A DNA stretch of 64,000 bases from Roseibacillus sp. (GTDB lineage: Bacteria; Verrucomicrobiota; Verrucomicrobiia; Verrucomicrobiales; Akkermansiaceae): NCBI GenBank assembly GCA_051251855.1, contig JBPOGI010000001.1, forward strand, positions 384,001 through 448,000, in the 5' to 3' direction. This document shows, in pieces, positions 39,456 to 48,406 of the stretch. The notes beneath the pieces were generated by a model. The model did not search any database. It saw only the letters and a program-made list of their open reading frames with translations, and was not told the DNA's origin. A program made the position numbers and the translations under genes. Each line of letters starts with the position of its first letter. Within the stretch, counting starts at the first letter, position 1.

Positions 39456-41492
39456 CTATTGTGTGTGTATTGCCCGGTCCTGAATCTTGACTCTTTCTAG
39501 GACGGCAATGGAGCGAGAGCGAACGGTCTGGAAGGGCGATGAGACGGAAGCATTCGATATCTTGGGTTCTGCGGTATCTATCACTCGTCTCCATTCTTCA
39601 GGTAGTCCCTCGTGGATTCCAAAATCAAGATCTGAAGTGCCAAGATTGATCATGACGTAGAGGTCGTGATCATTCTCAGATGATCCGTGGAGGCAGTAGG
39701 CAAGTTGGCGGGACTCCCAAGAGAGGTCTGGGGCGTGTTCCACCCCATACCAATGAATGTCTTCTCTCCAGAATCGTGAGCGACTGATGGAAGGGTGGGA
39801 CCTTCGGAAGTGAATCATCTTTTTGAAGAAGTAGTAGAAGTCCGAGTGACGATTCAGATCCTCCCAATCCAGCCAACTGGTCTCGTTGTCCTGATTATAG
39901 GGGTTGCTGTTGCCGGATTGGGAGTTGAGGAACTCGTCACCCATACGGAACATGGGAACGCCATTGGAGAGCATGAGGAGGCAGACCATGTTTCTGGCCT
40001 GCTGATGGCGCAGCTCAAGATTACCATCACAATCCCAACTGAAGTCGTCGTGACCATCTTGATTGTTGTGCCCGTTCGCCCAGTTGTCTTTCTGGTTGTA
40101 GGACACGAGATCCTGCAGAGTAAAGCCGTCGTGCGAGGCATAGAAGTTGATGCTTTGGTAGGCATGACAGGCTTCCATTCGGGTGTCGGGGAAAAGGTCG
40201 GCGCTGCCATAGAGACGCGTCATGAGATCGCCCACTATGGAGGCATCGCCTCTAACAGACTTTTGTAGAGTGTCTCGATAGGCTCCATTCCATTGCATCC
40301 AAAGAGTGCCTGGGAAGCGTTGGCCGAGTTGGTAAAGACCACCGGCATCCCAAGGTTCCGCAATGAGTCGGATCTTCGCGAGTTCAGGCTGAGAGGTGAT
40401 TTCGCCAAAGATGGGGGCTTCCAAGACAGAGATCGAGCCATCGGAACTTCGCGTAAAGATTGAGGCGAGATCGAAGCGAAATCCGTCCACTCCGCCGCGG
40501 GTCGCCCAGTGGCGAAGGCTATCGATGATAAGATGGCGGACGGCTCGGTTTTGGGTGTGGAGGGTATTTCCCGCTCCGGTATAGTTGGCATAGGGAGCGT
40601 TCGGCTCTCCAGTCATCATATAATAGGTGGAGCTGTCGATTCCTCTGAAGCTGTAGGTGGGACCTTCTTGGGTCGACTCGGTCGTGTGATTGTAGACCAC
40701 ATCAAGGATGACCTCGATGCCAGCCTCATGGAGGGCGTCGACCATTTCACGAAACTCCGCGAACTGTTGGCAAAGGTGGGGGGAGATAGAGTATTCGTTG
40801 TGAGGGGCAAAAAAATTGAGAGGCATGTATCCCCAGTAGTTTCCTTCGTCCGGATCGAACTGGAAGATGGGCATCAATTCGACAGCGGTGACTCCCAAAT
40901 CAAGCAAGTGGGGGATCTTCTCAATGACCCCGGAGTATGTGCCGCGTTTCTCTGAGTTCACCCCAGAGCTGTCGTGAACAGTGAATCCACGGACATGCAT
41001 CTCATAGATGATGAGTTCTGATTCGGAAAGTGAAGGACGAATAGGTTTCTTGGCAGGTTCGTCGCAGCATCGACATTCCAATGCTGCGAGAGGAGCACGA
41101 CCGAGATTGGAGCCCGGCAGCGTGGCTGCTGCACGACAGAAATCAGGCGGGAAAAAGACATGAGCTGCGTATGGATCAAGGAGGAGTTTTTCAAAATCGA
41201 AATCATGCTGAGAAAACCCAGAGGCGGGGTTCGGTCCTTCGACCCGATAGGCATAGTAGGCGGCTCCTACAGTGTTAGCTACGATGCAATGCCAAATCGG
41301 ACCCGACTTGTTCTTATGGTAGTCGAGTTCGATTTCTTCAACCGGATGATAGAAGTCATCTGCGCTAAAGAAGAGTAGAACGACGCGCTCGGCATGCTTC
41401 GAATACAGCGCAAAATTGTAGCACTGTGTATCTTCCATCCGCGAGACTCCTAATGGAAACGGGCGGCCTTCCGTATCGGGTGACGGCTTCAT
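39456..41492 (-). CDS. glgX: Glycogen debranching enzyme (isoamylase, GH13)
   Basis: IYEMHVRGFT, NYWGY, DVVYNHT, DGFRFDLA, IAEPWD, HDGFTL. Confidence 0.92.
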   Translation of the reverse strand: MKPSPDTEGRPFPLGVSRMEDTQCYNFALYSKHAERVVLLFFSADDFYHPVEEIELDYHKNKSGPIWHCIVANTVGAAYYAYRVEGPNPASGFSQHDFDFEKLLLDPYAAHVFFPPDFCRAAATLPGSNLGRAPLAALECRCCDEPAKKPIRPSLSESELIIYEMHVRGFTVHDSSGVNSEKRGTYSGVIEKIPHLLDLGVTAVELMPIFQFDPDEGNYWGYMPLNFFAPHNEYSISPHLCQQFAEFREMVDALHEAGIEVILDVVYNHTTESTQEGPTYSFRGIDSSTYYMMTGEPNAPYANYTGAGNTLHTQNRAVRHLIIDSLRHWATRGGVDGFRFDLASIFTRSSDGSISVLEAPIFGEITSQPELAKIRLIAEPWDAGGLYQLGQRFPGTLWMQWNGAYRDTLQKSVRGDASIVGDLMTRLYGSADLFPDTRMEACHAYQSINFYASHDGFTLQDLVSYNQKDNWANGHNNQDGHDDFSWDCDGNLELRHQQARNMVCLLMLSNGVPMFRMGDEFLNSQSGNSNPYNQDNETSWLDWEDLNRHSDFYYFFKKMIHFRRSHPSISRSRFWREDIHWYGVEHAPDLSWESRQLAYCLHGSSENDHDLYVMINLGTSDLDFGIHEGLPEEWRRVIDTAEPKISNASVSSPFQTVRSRSIAVLERVKIQDRAIHTQ

Positions 41493-41537
41493 GAACTGGA
41501 ATAGGAGGCTTCGTGGCGAAGGGGATCCGATATGGAA

Positions 41538-43979
41538 TCACGATTCATGATGCGCGGTCGCGGCTGATTTTTGCGCCTCCGCCTTCGCCATATTCTGCCT
41601 CGCTTTCAGGACGCTATCAGGGGTCAGCGAAATAGAGTCGATGCCTTGCTCGACTAAGAATTCTACAAATTCGGGGTAGTCGCTGGGGGCTTGGCCGCAG
41701 ATGCCGACTGGGGTGTGATGCTCGTGTGCTGTTTTGATGAGCTGGGCTATCATGCTTTTGACGGCGGGATCGCGCTCGTCAAAAATGTGTGAGAGGCGAG
41801 CGGAATCGCGATCGCAACCGAGGACGAGTTGGGTCAGATCGTTGGAGCCAATCGAAAAGCCGTCGAAGCGTTCGCAGAATTCCCTCGCTAGAATGATGTT
41901 ACTGGGAATCTCGGCCATGATGTAGATTTTGAGATCGTCTCTTCCTCGCTTGAGACCGTTTTCAGCCATGAGGGAGCGGACTTGATAGGCTTCTTCGAGG
42001 GTGCGGCAGAAGGGAATCATCACAATAATATTTGTGAAGCCCATCTGGGTGCGAGCCTTCTTGATAGCGGCACATTCGAGTTCGAAACCCGGACGATAGT
42101 CGTCACTATAGTATCGAGAGGCACCGCGGAATCCGAGCATGGGGTTATCCTCGTCGGGTTCGAATTGGGTACCACCGAGGAGGTGGGCGTATTCGTTGCT
42201 CTTGAAGTCACTCAGCCGCACCACGACGGGCTTGGGATATTGCGTTGCGGCAATCGTTGCGATACCAGAGGCCAAGGTCTCGATGAAAAATTCGGAGGGG
42301 CTGGAGAAGTCTTTCGTGAGCTCCTTAACTTCATCTTTAAGCGATTGATCGGCGAGTTCATCGAAACAAGCAAGAGCCATGGGATGAGCTTTGATGTGGT
42401 TGTTGATGATGAACTCCATACGGGCGAGGCCAATGCCGTCGGAGGGGAGTCGCCACCAATGCATCGCTGCTTCAGGACTAGCGATGTTGAGCATGACTTT
42501 CGTTGTTGTCTCAGGGATGTCGGTGAGAGATGTTTCGCTCTCCTCGAATGGCACGAGTCCAGGATAGACTCGGCCTTCTTGGCCCGAGGTGCAATCGACG
42601 GTAACGGGGTCGCCGGGTTTGATTGTCTGAGTGGCATTGCCGGTACCGATGATGGCTGGGACGTCGAGTTCTCGACTCACAATGGCGGCATGGCTGGTGC
42701 GACCTCCTTGGTCCGTGATGATGGCGGAGGCCTTGCGCATGAGGGGGACCCAGTCGGGATCGGTTTGGGCGGCGACGAGGATTTGTCCTTCTTGGAATTG
42801 GTCGGCATCGGCAAGGCTTTTGAGAACGATGGCAGGACCGCTCGCTATCCGGTTACCGATGGCGAGCCCTTTGACGAGGGCGGGCGGGGCCTTCTCTTTC
42901 AGATGGTAGCTTCGGATAGTGGTAGTGTCCTTTTGCGATTGTACCGTTTCTGGACGCGCTTGGACGATAAAGAGTTCTTGGGTATCACCATCAAGTGCCC
43001 ACTCGATGTCCATAGCTCTGCCATAGTGCTGTTCGATTTGGGTGGCCCATTGCGCCAGTTGGAGAACTTTGTCGTCATCGATACAGTAACGAGTCTGTTC
43101 ATCGTGCGAGGTTCGGATGATGCGGACGGGATTACTCGGCTCTTCACTGTAAACCATTTTACATTCTTTGGAGCCCAGCTTGTGCTGAATGATGGGTCGG
43201 AATTCCTCGTGATCTAACAAGGGCTTGAAGACTCGAAACTCATCGGGAGTCACGGAGCCTTGCACGATGGTTTCGCCGAGACCGTAGGCCGCATTGATGA
43301 CGACCAGATTCGGGAACCCGGTCTCGGTATCAATGGTGAACATCACGCCGGAGCAGCCTCGGTCCGAGTGGATCATCTTTTGAACGCCGACAGAGAGCGC
43401 GACTGCTTCGTGTGCAAAGCCCTTTTGCTCACGATAGCTAATCGCACGCTCGGTATAGAGGGAGGAGAAGCACTGGATGACGGTAGCGAGTAGTTGTGAT
43501 TCTCCCGCAATGTTGAGATAGCTTTCGTGTTGTCCCGCGAAGCTGGCATTAGGGAGATCCTCGGCAGTCGCACTGCTGCGGACTGCGACATCGGTTGCCG
43601 TGGTGTTGTCTTTGGCAGAGAGTGCGGCGTAGCAAGTTTTGATCTGATCGGAGAGTTCGGCCGGCAACTGAGCCTTTTGAAAAAGAGCGCGTATTCTTTG
43701 TGAGGTATCGGCTAGCGAGATGTCTTTTTGGGAATGTTGGGAGAGGAGCTTGGTGATAGGGCTCTCGAGAGCGTTGTGCTTGAGAAAGAAGCGATAGCCT
43801 TCGGCAGTCACGGCGAAGCCGTCGGGAACGTCAATCCCCTTGGGTTGCAGAGAGTGGACGAGTTCTCCGAGGGAGGCGTTCTTTCCGCCTACGATCGGAA
43901 CGTCATTATTGGTGATGTCTTTGAACCAACGGACGAGCGCGGTTTTGCTGAATGGCTTTGGTGGGGTAGCTGTCTTCAT
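41538..43979 (-). CDS. ppsA: Phosphoenolpyruvate synthase (pyruvate,water dikinase)
   Basis: VGGKNASLGE, RSSATAEDLP.ASFAGQ, GGRTSHAAIVSRE, GICGQAPSD; likely ATG at 43979. Confidence 0.95.
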   Translation of the reverse strand: MKTATPPKPFSKTALVRWFKDITNNDVPIVGGKNASLGELVHSLQPKGIDVPDGFAVTAEGYRFFLKHNALESPITKLLSQHSQKDISLADTSQRIRALFQKAQLPAELSDQIKTCYAALSAKDNTTATDVAVRSSATAEDLPNASFAGQHESYLNIAGESQLLATVIQCFSSLYTERAISYREQKGFAHEAVALSVGVQKMIHSDRGCSGVMFTIDTETGFPNLVVINAAYGLGETIVQGSVTPDEFRVFKPLLDHEEFRPIIQHKLGSKECKMVYSEEPSNPVRIIRTSHDEQTRYCIDDDKVLQLAQWATQIEQHYGRAMDIEWALDGDTQELFIVQARPETVQSQKDTTTIRSYHLKEKAPPALVKGLAIGNRIASGPAIVLKSLADADQFQEGQILVAAQTDPDWVPLMRKASAIITDQGGRTSHAAIVSRELDVPAIIGTGNATQTIKPGDPVTVDCTSGQEGRVYPGLVPFEESETSLTDIPETTTKVMLNIASPEAAMHWWRLPSDGIGLARMEFIINNHIKAHPMALACFDELADQSLKDEVKELTKDFSSPSEFFIETLASGIATIAATQYPKPVVVRLSDFKSNEYAHLLGGTQFEPDEDNPMLGFRGASRYYSDDYRPGFELECAAIKKARTQMGFTNIIVMIPFCRTLEEAYQVRSLMAENGLKRGRDDLKIYIMAEIPSNIILAREFCERFDGFSIGSNDLTQLVLGCDRDSARLSHIFDERDPAVKSMIAQLIKTAHEHHTPVGICGQAPSDYPEFVEFLVEQGIDSISLTPDSVLKARQNMAKAEAQKSAATAHHES

Positions 43980-44398
43980 TGCTCTTGAGATTTGAGTTGG
44001 TTGAGTGAGTCGGCTTCTTCGAGATTTGCCGCCTTGAGGTAGTTGAGGAGATCTTGTTCTTCTGCTGGGCTGAGTCCTGCATTCCAAGACATGTGGGGGA
44101 CGATTTTGGTCCAGCCTTCGTCAGAGACATCCTGCGGGAATTTCTTGCGATGGCATTCTCCGCATTTGCGCATGTAGAGGCCCCAACCGTCTTGGAGCTT
44201 TTCCAATGAGATACCACTCTTGGTGGCCATGGCGGTATTGGGCATGTCCCTGAGGGGATCGGGTTCCGGTGGGGCTGGCTTAGGCAGTGGCGCGCAACCG
44301 TTGATGATGAGGGTGCTGCCGCAGAGGGCGAGAAGTGTTGCGAGAGAAAGACAGGAATTCTTGGTGAGCGAAGGGGTAAAGTCTTGACGGTGGATCAT
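43976..44398 (-). CDS. Lipoprotein-like monoheme cytochrome c
   Basis: Hydrophobic leader ending INGC; CGECH; W...V..M; stop overlaps the ppsA ATG. Confidence 0.75.
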   Translation of the reverse strand: MIHRQDFTPSLTKNSCLSLATLLALCGSTLIINGCAPLPKPAPPEPDPLRDMPNTAMATKSGISLEKLQDGWGLYMRKCGECHRKKFPQDVSDEGWTKIVPHMSWNAGLSPAEEQDLLNYLKAANLEEADSLNQLKSQEQ

Positions 44399-44453
44399 GA
44401 TGAAGTGTGTTTGAGTTGAGAGAGGTTAGGGCTGGCGGGAGATTTTTTTTATT

Positions 44454-44981
44454 CTAAGGCATTCTCGTGAGGATATTGGTCATTCCGCAGGTGTCGGTAA
44501 TGCCGCCAAAGGCGAGTCCCGCTCCGGCGAAGGCTGGGAGGAGAAATAAGAGAGGGTGAATGTAGTAGGAGAGCAGGGCGCTGATGAGAGCGAGCAGACC
44601 TAAGACGCGAATTTGTCGATCGAGTGAGAATAGGTCGTTCTCATCCTTGTGCACCAGATGCCCTGTGCTGGTCCATGCCTCGATTCCTCCCGTCAATACG
44701 CGTGTATCTTCCCAGCCTGCTTCTGTGAGTTCGTGTTGCGCGCTCTTGGCTTCTTGAGCGTCACTACAAACGAGGATGAGAGTTTTTCCCTGCGACCGAG
44801 ATTTATGGCTTTCGTTAGGTATGAGGCGCTCTAAAGGAATGTTCAGGCCTCCCTCTGTATGGAACGAGGTAAATTCTGTTGAAGGGCGCACATCAACGAG
44901 GAGGAGGGAGTCTCTCGAAGTTACCAGGTGATCCGAAAGGTCGTTTGGAGAGATGGGTGGAGAGAGTGTTTGCAGATTCAT
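44454..44981 (-). CDS. Rhodanese-domain membrane protein (YgaP/DUF2892-like), possibly degenerate
   Basis: LLVDVR...LTGGIEAW; DRQIR...GAGLAFGGITDTCGM; ends MP*N where the family has MPWN. Confidence 0.8.
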   Translation of the reverse strand: MNLQTLSPPISPNDLSDHLVTSRDSLLLVDVRPSTEFTSFHTEGGLNIPLERLIPNESHKSRSQGKTLILVCSDAQEAKSAQHELTEAGWEDTRVLTGGIEAWTSTGHLVHKDENDLFSLDRQIRVLGLLALISALLSYYIHPLLFLLPAFAGAGLAFGGITDTCGMTNILTRMP

Positions 44982-45347
44982 GACTTTTTTGGCGTTAAGG
45001 AATCATCCGTTAAGGTCCTGAAGGGTTCGTGTTGAGTGAGTCTGTTCGGATTCGATGCGTGTTGATGCGGGCTCTGAGCCTCTCATCGAACTTGAATCGT
45101 AGACGGTTCTGGGATCGGGACTCTGCAATTCCTGTCTATCAGTGTGCGCATATTGTCGGCTGCAGATGTGCGTGAATTTGCTGGGGGCTACATTCAGTTC
45201 GCCTTTCATTTCACGCTGCCCCACGCCAGCGGGATGAACCGCACCGGATATGGTCTTTCTGTTCTAGTTCAGCGAGAGTCTAGCAAGCAGAAGACCACTC
45301 GGCTCACGAGTTGAAGAAGCTTCTGAAATCCTTCGCTTCAACCTATT

Positions 45348-45389
45348 ACAGGATATGGGGGCTCAGTCACAGGATATAGGGGCTCAGTC
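45348..45389. repeat. 21-bp tandem direct repeat, 2 copies, 1 mismatch
   Basis: ACAGGATATGGGGGCTCAGTC / ACAGGATATAGGGGCTCAGTC. Confidence 0.85.
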
Positions 45390-45658
45390 GTGATGAGCCG
45401 TAGAAGTGTTGGAAGTGCAATCCATGGTCGTCAAAGAGCAAGTGCGACTTGGTCGACGGGTGTTGAAAGGAGAAGACGTCACTGATGAAATCGCACTGGC
45501 TAATGAGAGTGTGGGGCAGGTTGAGGCTTGGACTCAGGGGCAGAAGGTGGTGGCCATATTTATCAACGAGTCTGCTCCCCCCATCATTTTTCTCAATAGC
45601 TTGCGCCTCCTTTTCCGTACGTGATTTGACAACTGACTAAGGATAACTTCCTAGGTGT

Positions 45659-46558
45659 TTAAGAAGTCGGGCTCAGACTGCGAACTGCCAAGACAGATAC
45701 CGGAGAATCGTGCATCAAGCGTTCAGCATTGGTGCCGAGGAAGTGACTCATCATGGGTGAATGCCCGCGTGTGCCCAGGACGATCAAGTCGGCTTCGACT
45801 TTCTTAATTTGGGCCGTGATCGCAATGGAGGGACAGACGGACTCGAGGATGGTAATGGAATATTCAAACTGAGAGAGAGCTTCGAGGTGAGGAGCAATGA
45901 ACGTTTTCATCAGGCTGTCGACTCGAGAACGACACTCTTCCTGATAGGTTTCGGATGCCGCCATCTTGTGTTCTAGGACTTCGCCCCAAACATCTTGCGC
46001 TGGAGGATACATCGTGTGAACTATGTGCAGCTCTGCGCCTTCCTTTAATGCAGTTGCGATGGCCCGCTCAAGAGCCAATGCGGAGGTTGCCGAAAAGTCG
46101 GTGCAAATCATCACCCGTTTAAAGTTCCCACGTTGCTTCCTTCGCAACACCATGACATCACACTGAACCGTTCGCACGCAGCGGGAGGCGATGGCCCCCA
46201 TGCGGCTCTTAGTGGTATCGTTCGCAGCGATAACAAGGAGACTTGCGTGAGTTTCTTCCACGCATTTTTGAATCTGTTTCCCCGGATGTCCGACGCGAAT
46301 CATGTTCTCGGGAGGCTCTACTGAGGTGTGTTTCTTTAGCCAAGATTCGAGGCGAGATTTAGCATTCAGGACGAGAGTTTTGATTTCTGGATCTTCCGAA
46401 TCCTTGGCCTTTACGCCCGGTAATCGGTTCTCATCTAATATGTGTAGCGCGATGACAGGAGCGGAGTTCGAAGCCGAGACGTAGAGCGAGTGATGCAAGA
46501 CTGATGGTGATGATTGCGAGAAATCGATGGCGGCGATTATGGGGTTGGCTTCTTTCAT
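45659..46558 (-). CDS. Universal stress protein (tandem USP domains)
   Basis: IIAAIDFSQSS; ICTDFSATS; DLIVLGTRGHS...LGTNAERLMH..PVSVLAV. Confidence 0.92.
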   Translation of the reverse strand: MKEANPIIAAIDFSQSSPSVLHHSLYVSASNSAPVIALHILDENRLPGVKAKDSEDPEIKTLVLNAKSRLESWLKKHTSVEPPENMIRVGHPGKQIQKCVEETHASLLVIAANDTTKSRMGAIASRCVRTVQCDVMVLRRKQRGNFKRVMICTDFSATSALALERAIATALKEGAELHIVHTMYPPAQDVWGEVLEHKMAASETYQEECRSRVDSLMKTFIAPHLEALSQFEYSITILESVCPSIAITAQIKKVEADLIVLGTRGHSPMMSHFLGTNAERLMHDSPVSVLAVRSLSPTS

Positions 46559-46578
46559 CGTGTCTGTGTGTCTAGGGA

Positions 46579-46760
46579 TTATGTTTTACGAAGGCTGCGT
46601 AGTCGAAGGCGAATTTGTTTTTTGGTTTCGATAGTGAGAAAAAGGTGGATTCCAACTCCCGCAATGTCGAAGACAGCTCGAAGAGGGGGCAGGGAGGTGA
46701 TGAAGAACTGAGCGAAGGTAGTGACGATGGCGGTGAGACAGACTGTCTTGGTGCTGCTAA
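46579..46760 (-). pseudogene. C-terminal remnant of a cation-transporting P-type ATPase
   Basis: Startless frame ...TKTVCLTAIVTTFAQFFITSLPPLRAVFD..GVGIHLFLTIETKKQIRLRLR* resembles the last TM helices of P2-type ATPases (Q...TY.P.L...F; E..K). Confidence 0.55.
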
Positions 46761-46766
46761 ATGAGC

Positions 46767-46966
46767 TTAAGGCGTTATTGCGATTTTGAGGACGCCGTCT
46801 CTTTGGTTGGCGAAGAGCTCGTAGGCCTCTTCGATCTGTTCGAGATTGAAGCGATGGGTAATGATCGGGGTGACATCAAGACGCTCCGAGGCGACGAAGT
46901 TCATCAGCCGTCGCATCCGTTCCTTGCCGCCGGGGCAAAGGGAAGTAAGGAAGTAACGAGCTTATG
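46767..46966 (-). pseudogene. C-terminal remnant of a Zn-dependent alcohol dehydrogenase
   Basis: HKLVTSLCPGGKERMRRLM...ITHRFNLEQIEEAYELFANQRDGVLKIAITP*, with an 8-bp duplication at 46941-46956. Confidence 0.8.
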
Positions 46967-47091
46967 AAAGGGTATATGGGCGAGGTGCTGGATGGTCTTG
47001 TTCGGGTTGTTTGTCCGGAGATACACTCGGGAGTTTAGGTAAAGCTCTTCTCGGGAGGGTTGAGTGTGCGAATACAGAACACATTCTTAAT

Positions 47092-47116
47092 CTATCTTTG
47101 TAGTCTACAAAGATAG
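47092..47116. promoter_or_regulatory. Perfect 25-bp palindrome, candidate operator
   Basis: CTATCTTTGTAG-T-CTACAAAGATAG. Confidence 0.5.
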
Positions 47117-47298
47117 GTGTTCATCTCGCTGTCGAAAGACACTGGATCTTTGATTCCTAAGACTACACGGCAGAGGATTTCCCTGCAGTGTAAGACGGTC
47201 GGGAGCCGTCATGAGAGCCTCCTAAGAGAAGTGGGGATTCTTTCGACTCTGAGAAATCCGAGAGAAGAAGTTCTAGAATCCACTAAGGATTAAAGAAG

Positions 47299-47381
47299 TG
47301 GGCAGGGATGGATTCGAACCAACGTACACTTTCGTGAGCAGATTTACAGTCTGCCGCCTTTAACCACTCGGCCACCTACCC
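47299..47381 (-). tRNA. tRNA-Tyr (GTA)
   Basis: GGGTAGG...CCTGCCCA acceptor stem, TGGCCGAGTGGTTAAAGGC D arm, GCAGA-CTGTAAA-TCTGC anticodon arm, long variable arm, GGTTCGAATCC; CCA not encoded. Confidence 0.96.
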
Positions 47382-47500
47382 GGTTGAAGAGGGTGCGCTA
47401 TGCGCGGAGAGGGGAGATAGGTTTGAGGTCGGATTTTTACAAGGCAAATCTTGGAAAAATGTGTGTCTTCTTCTTTGAGAAAGAGCGGTCCTTGGAAGTA

Positions 47501-48406
47501 TCAGCTCCGATGTGTGAGCCAGAGGGCTTTGAGGTAGGGTTCGCCGGTGAAGTCGGGGGGCATATCGGCGGCTTCCAGGATGGTGCCGCGTGGTTGGTGG
47601 CGGGTGAGCTGGCGGCGAAAGGCTTCTTCGTCCATTTTGCGGCAGTTGGTTGAGCTGAGGATCCAGCCGCCAGGGGTTAGGCAGGAGAGGGCCAGGGAAA
47701 AGAGGTCGCAGTAGTCTTTTTCGACGCTGAAGACGTTGCCTTGTTTGTCGCGGGAGAAAGTGGGGGGATCTAGGATGATACCGTTGAATTTGCGGCCTTG
47801 TTTGGCGAAGCGTTTGAGCCAGTGGAAGGTGTCGCCTTTGCAAAAGTAGTGGTCGGCGGGGTCGAGGTTGTTGAGGCGGAAGTTGTCTTTGGCCCACTCG
47901 AGGTAGGGCTGAGAGAGGTCGAGGGTGGTTGTGGTGGCTCCGCCGAGAGCGGCGCAGACGGAGAAGGCTCCGGTGTAGGCGAAGGTGTTGAGGACGGTGT
48001 CGCCAGGTTGGGTGAGATCGCGCACGCGCTGGCGGTTGTGGCGTTGGTCGAGGAAGATGCCTTGGGAGTAGCCGGCGGTGAAGTCGATGCGGTAGCTAAT
48101 GCCGTTTTCGAGGATGGAGAAGGGGTCGTCGGCAGTGGGGCCGGCGAGGTGATGGGGGGCGGTCTTCTGGTTTTGGTCGAGGTGCTTCCAGTAGAGCGTT
48201 TTGTTGAGGGCGATGAGCTCGCTTTTGAGGGCGGGTGTGAGGAGGTGGTCGTGGCGAGTGGAGAGCAACCAGCGATCTGCATAGCTCTCGAGAAAGAGAT
48301 CGGGGAAGCCGTCACCAGCTCCGTCTAACAGGCGGAGAGCGTTGGTGTCGGTGGTTACAAGATTCTTGCGCTTGGTGAGGGCGGTTTGGAGAGAAGAGAG
48401 CGGCAC
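47501..48406 (-). CDS. Class I SAM-dependent rRNA methyltransferase (RlmI/RlmK-like)
   Basis: GIFLDQR, VLNTFAYTGAFS, IILDPPTF; likely GTG start at 48406. Confidence 0.88.
   Translation of the reverse strand: MPLSSLQTALTKRKNLVTTDTNALRLLDGAGDGFPDLFLESYADRWLLSTRHDHLLTPALKSELIALNKTLYWKHLDQNQKTAPHHLAGPTADDPFSILENGISYRIDFTAGYSQGIFLDQRHNRQRVRDLTQPGDTVLNTFAYTGAFSVCAALGGATTTTLDLSQPYLEWAKDNFRLNNLDPADHYFCKGDTFHWLKRFAKQGRKFNGIILDPPTFSRDKQGNVFSVEKDYCDLFSLALSCLTPGGWILSSTNCRKMDEEAFRRQLTRHQPRGTILEAADMPPDFTGEPYLKALWLTHRS

Noticed and set aside
45348..45389. CRISPR array
   Set aside because: Two abutting 21-bp units, no spacers and no cas genes
45406..45624. 72-aa plus-strand ORF
   Set aside because: Non-ATG start, no recognisable motif; cannot be supported as a gene
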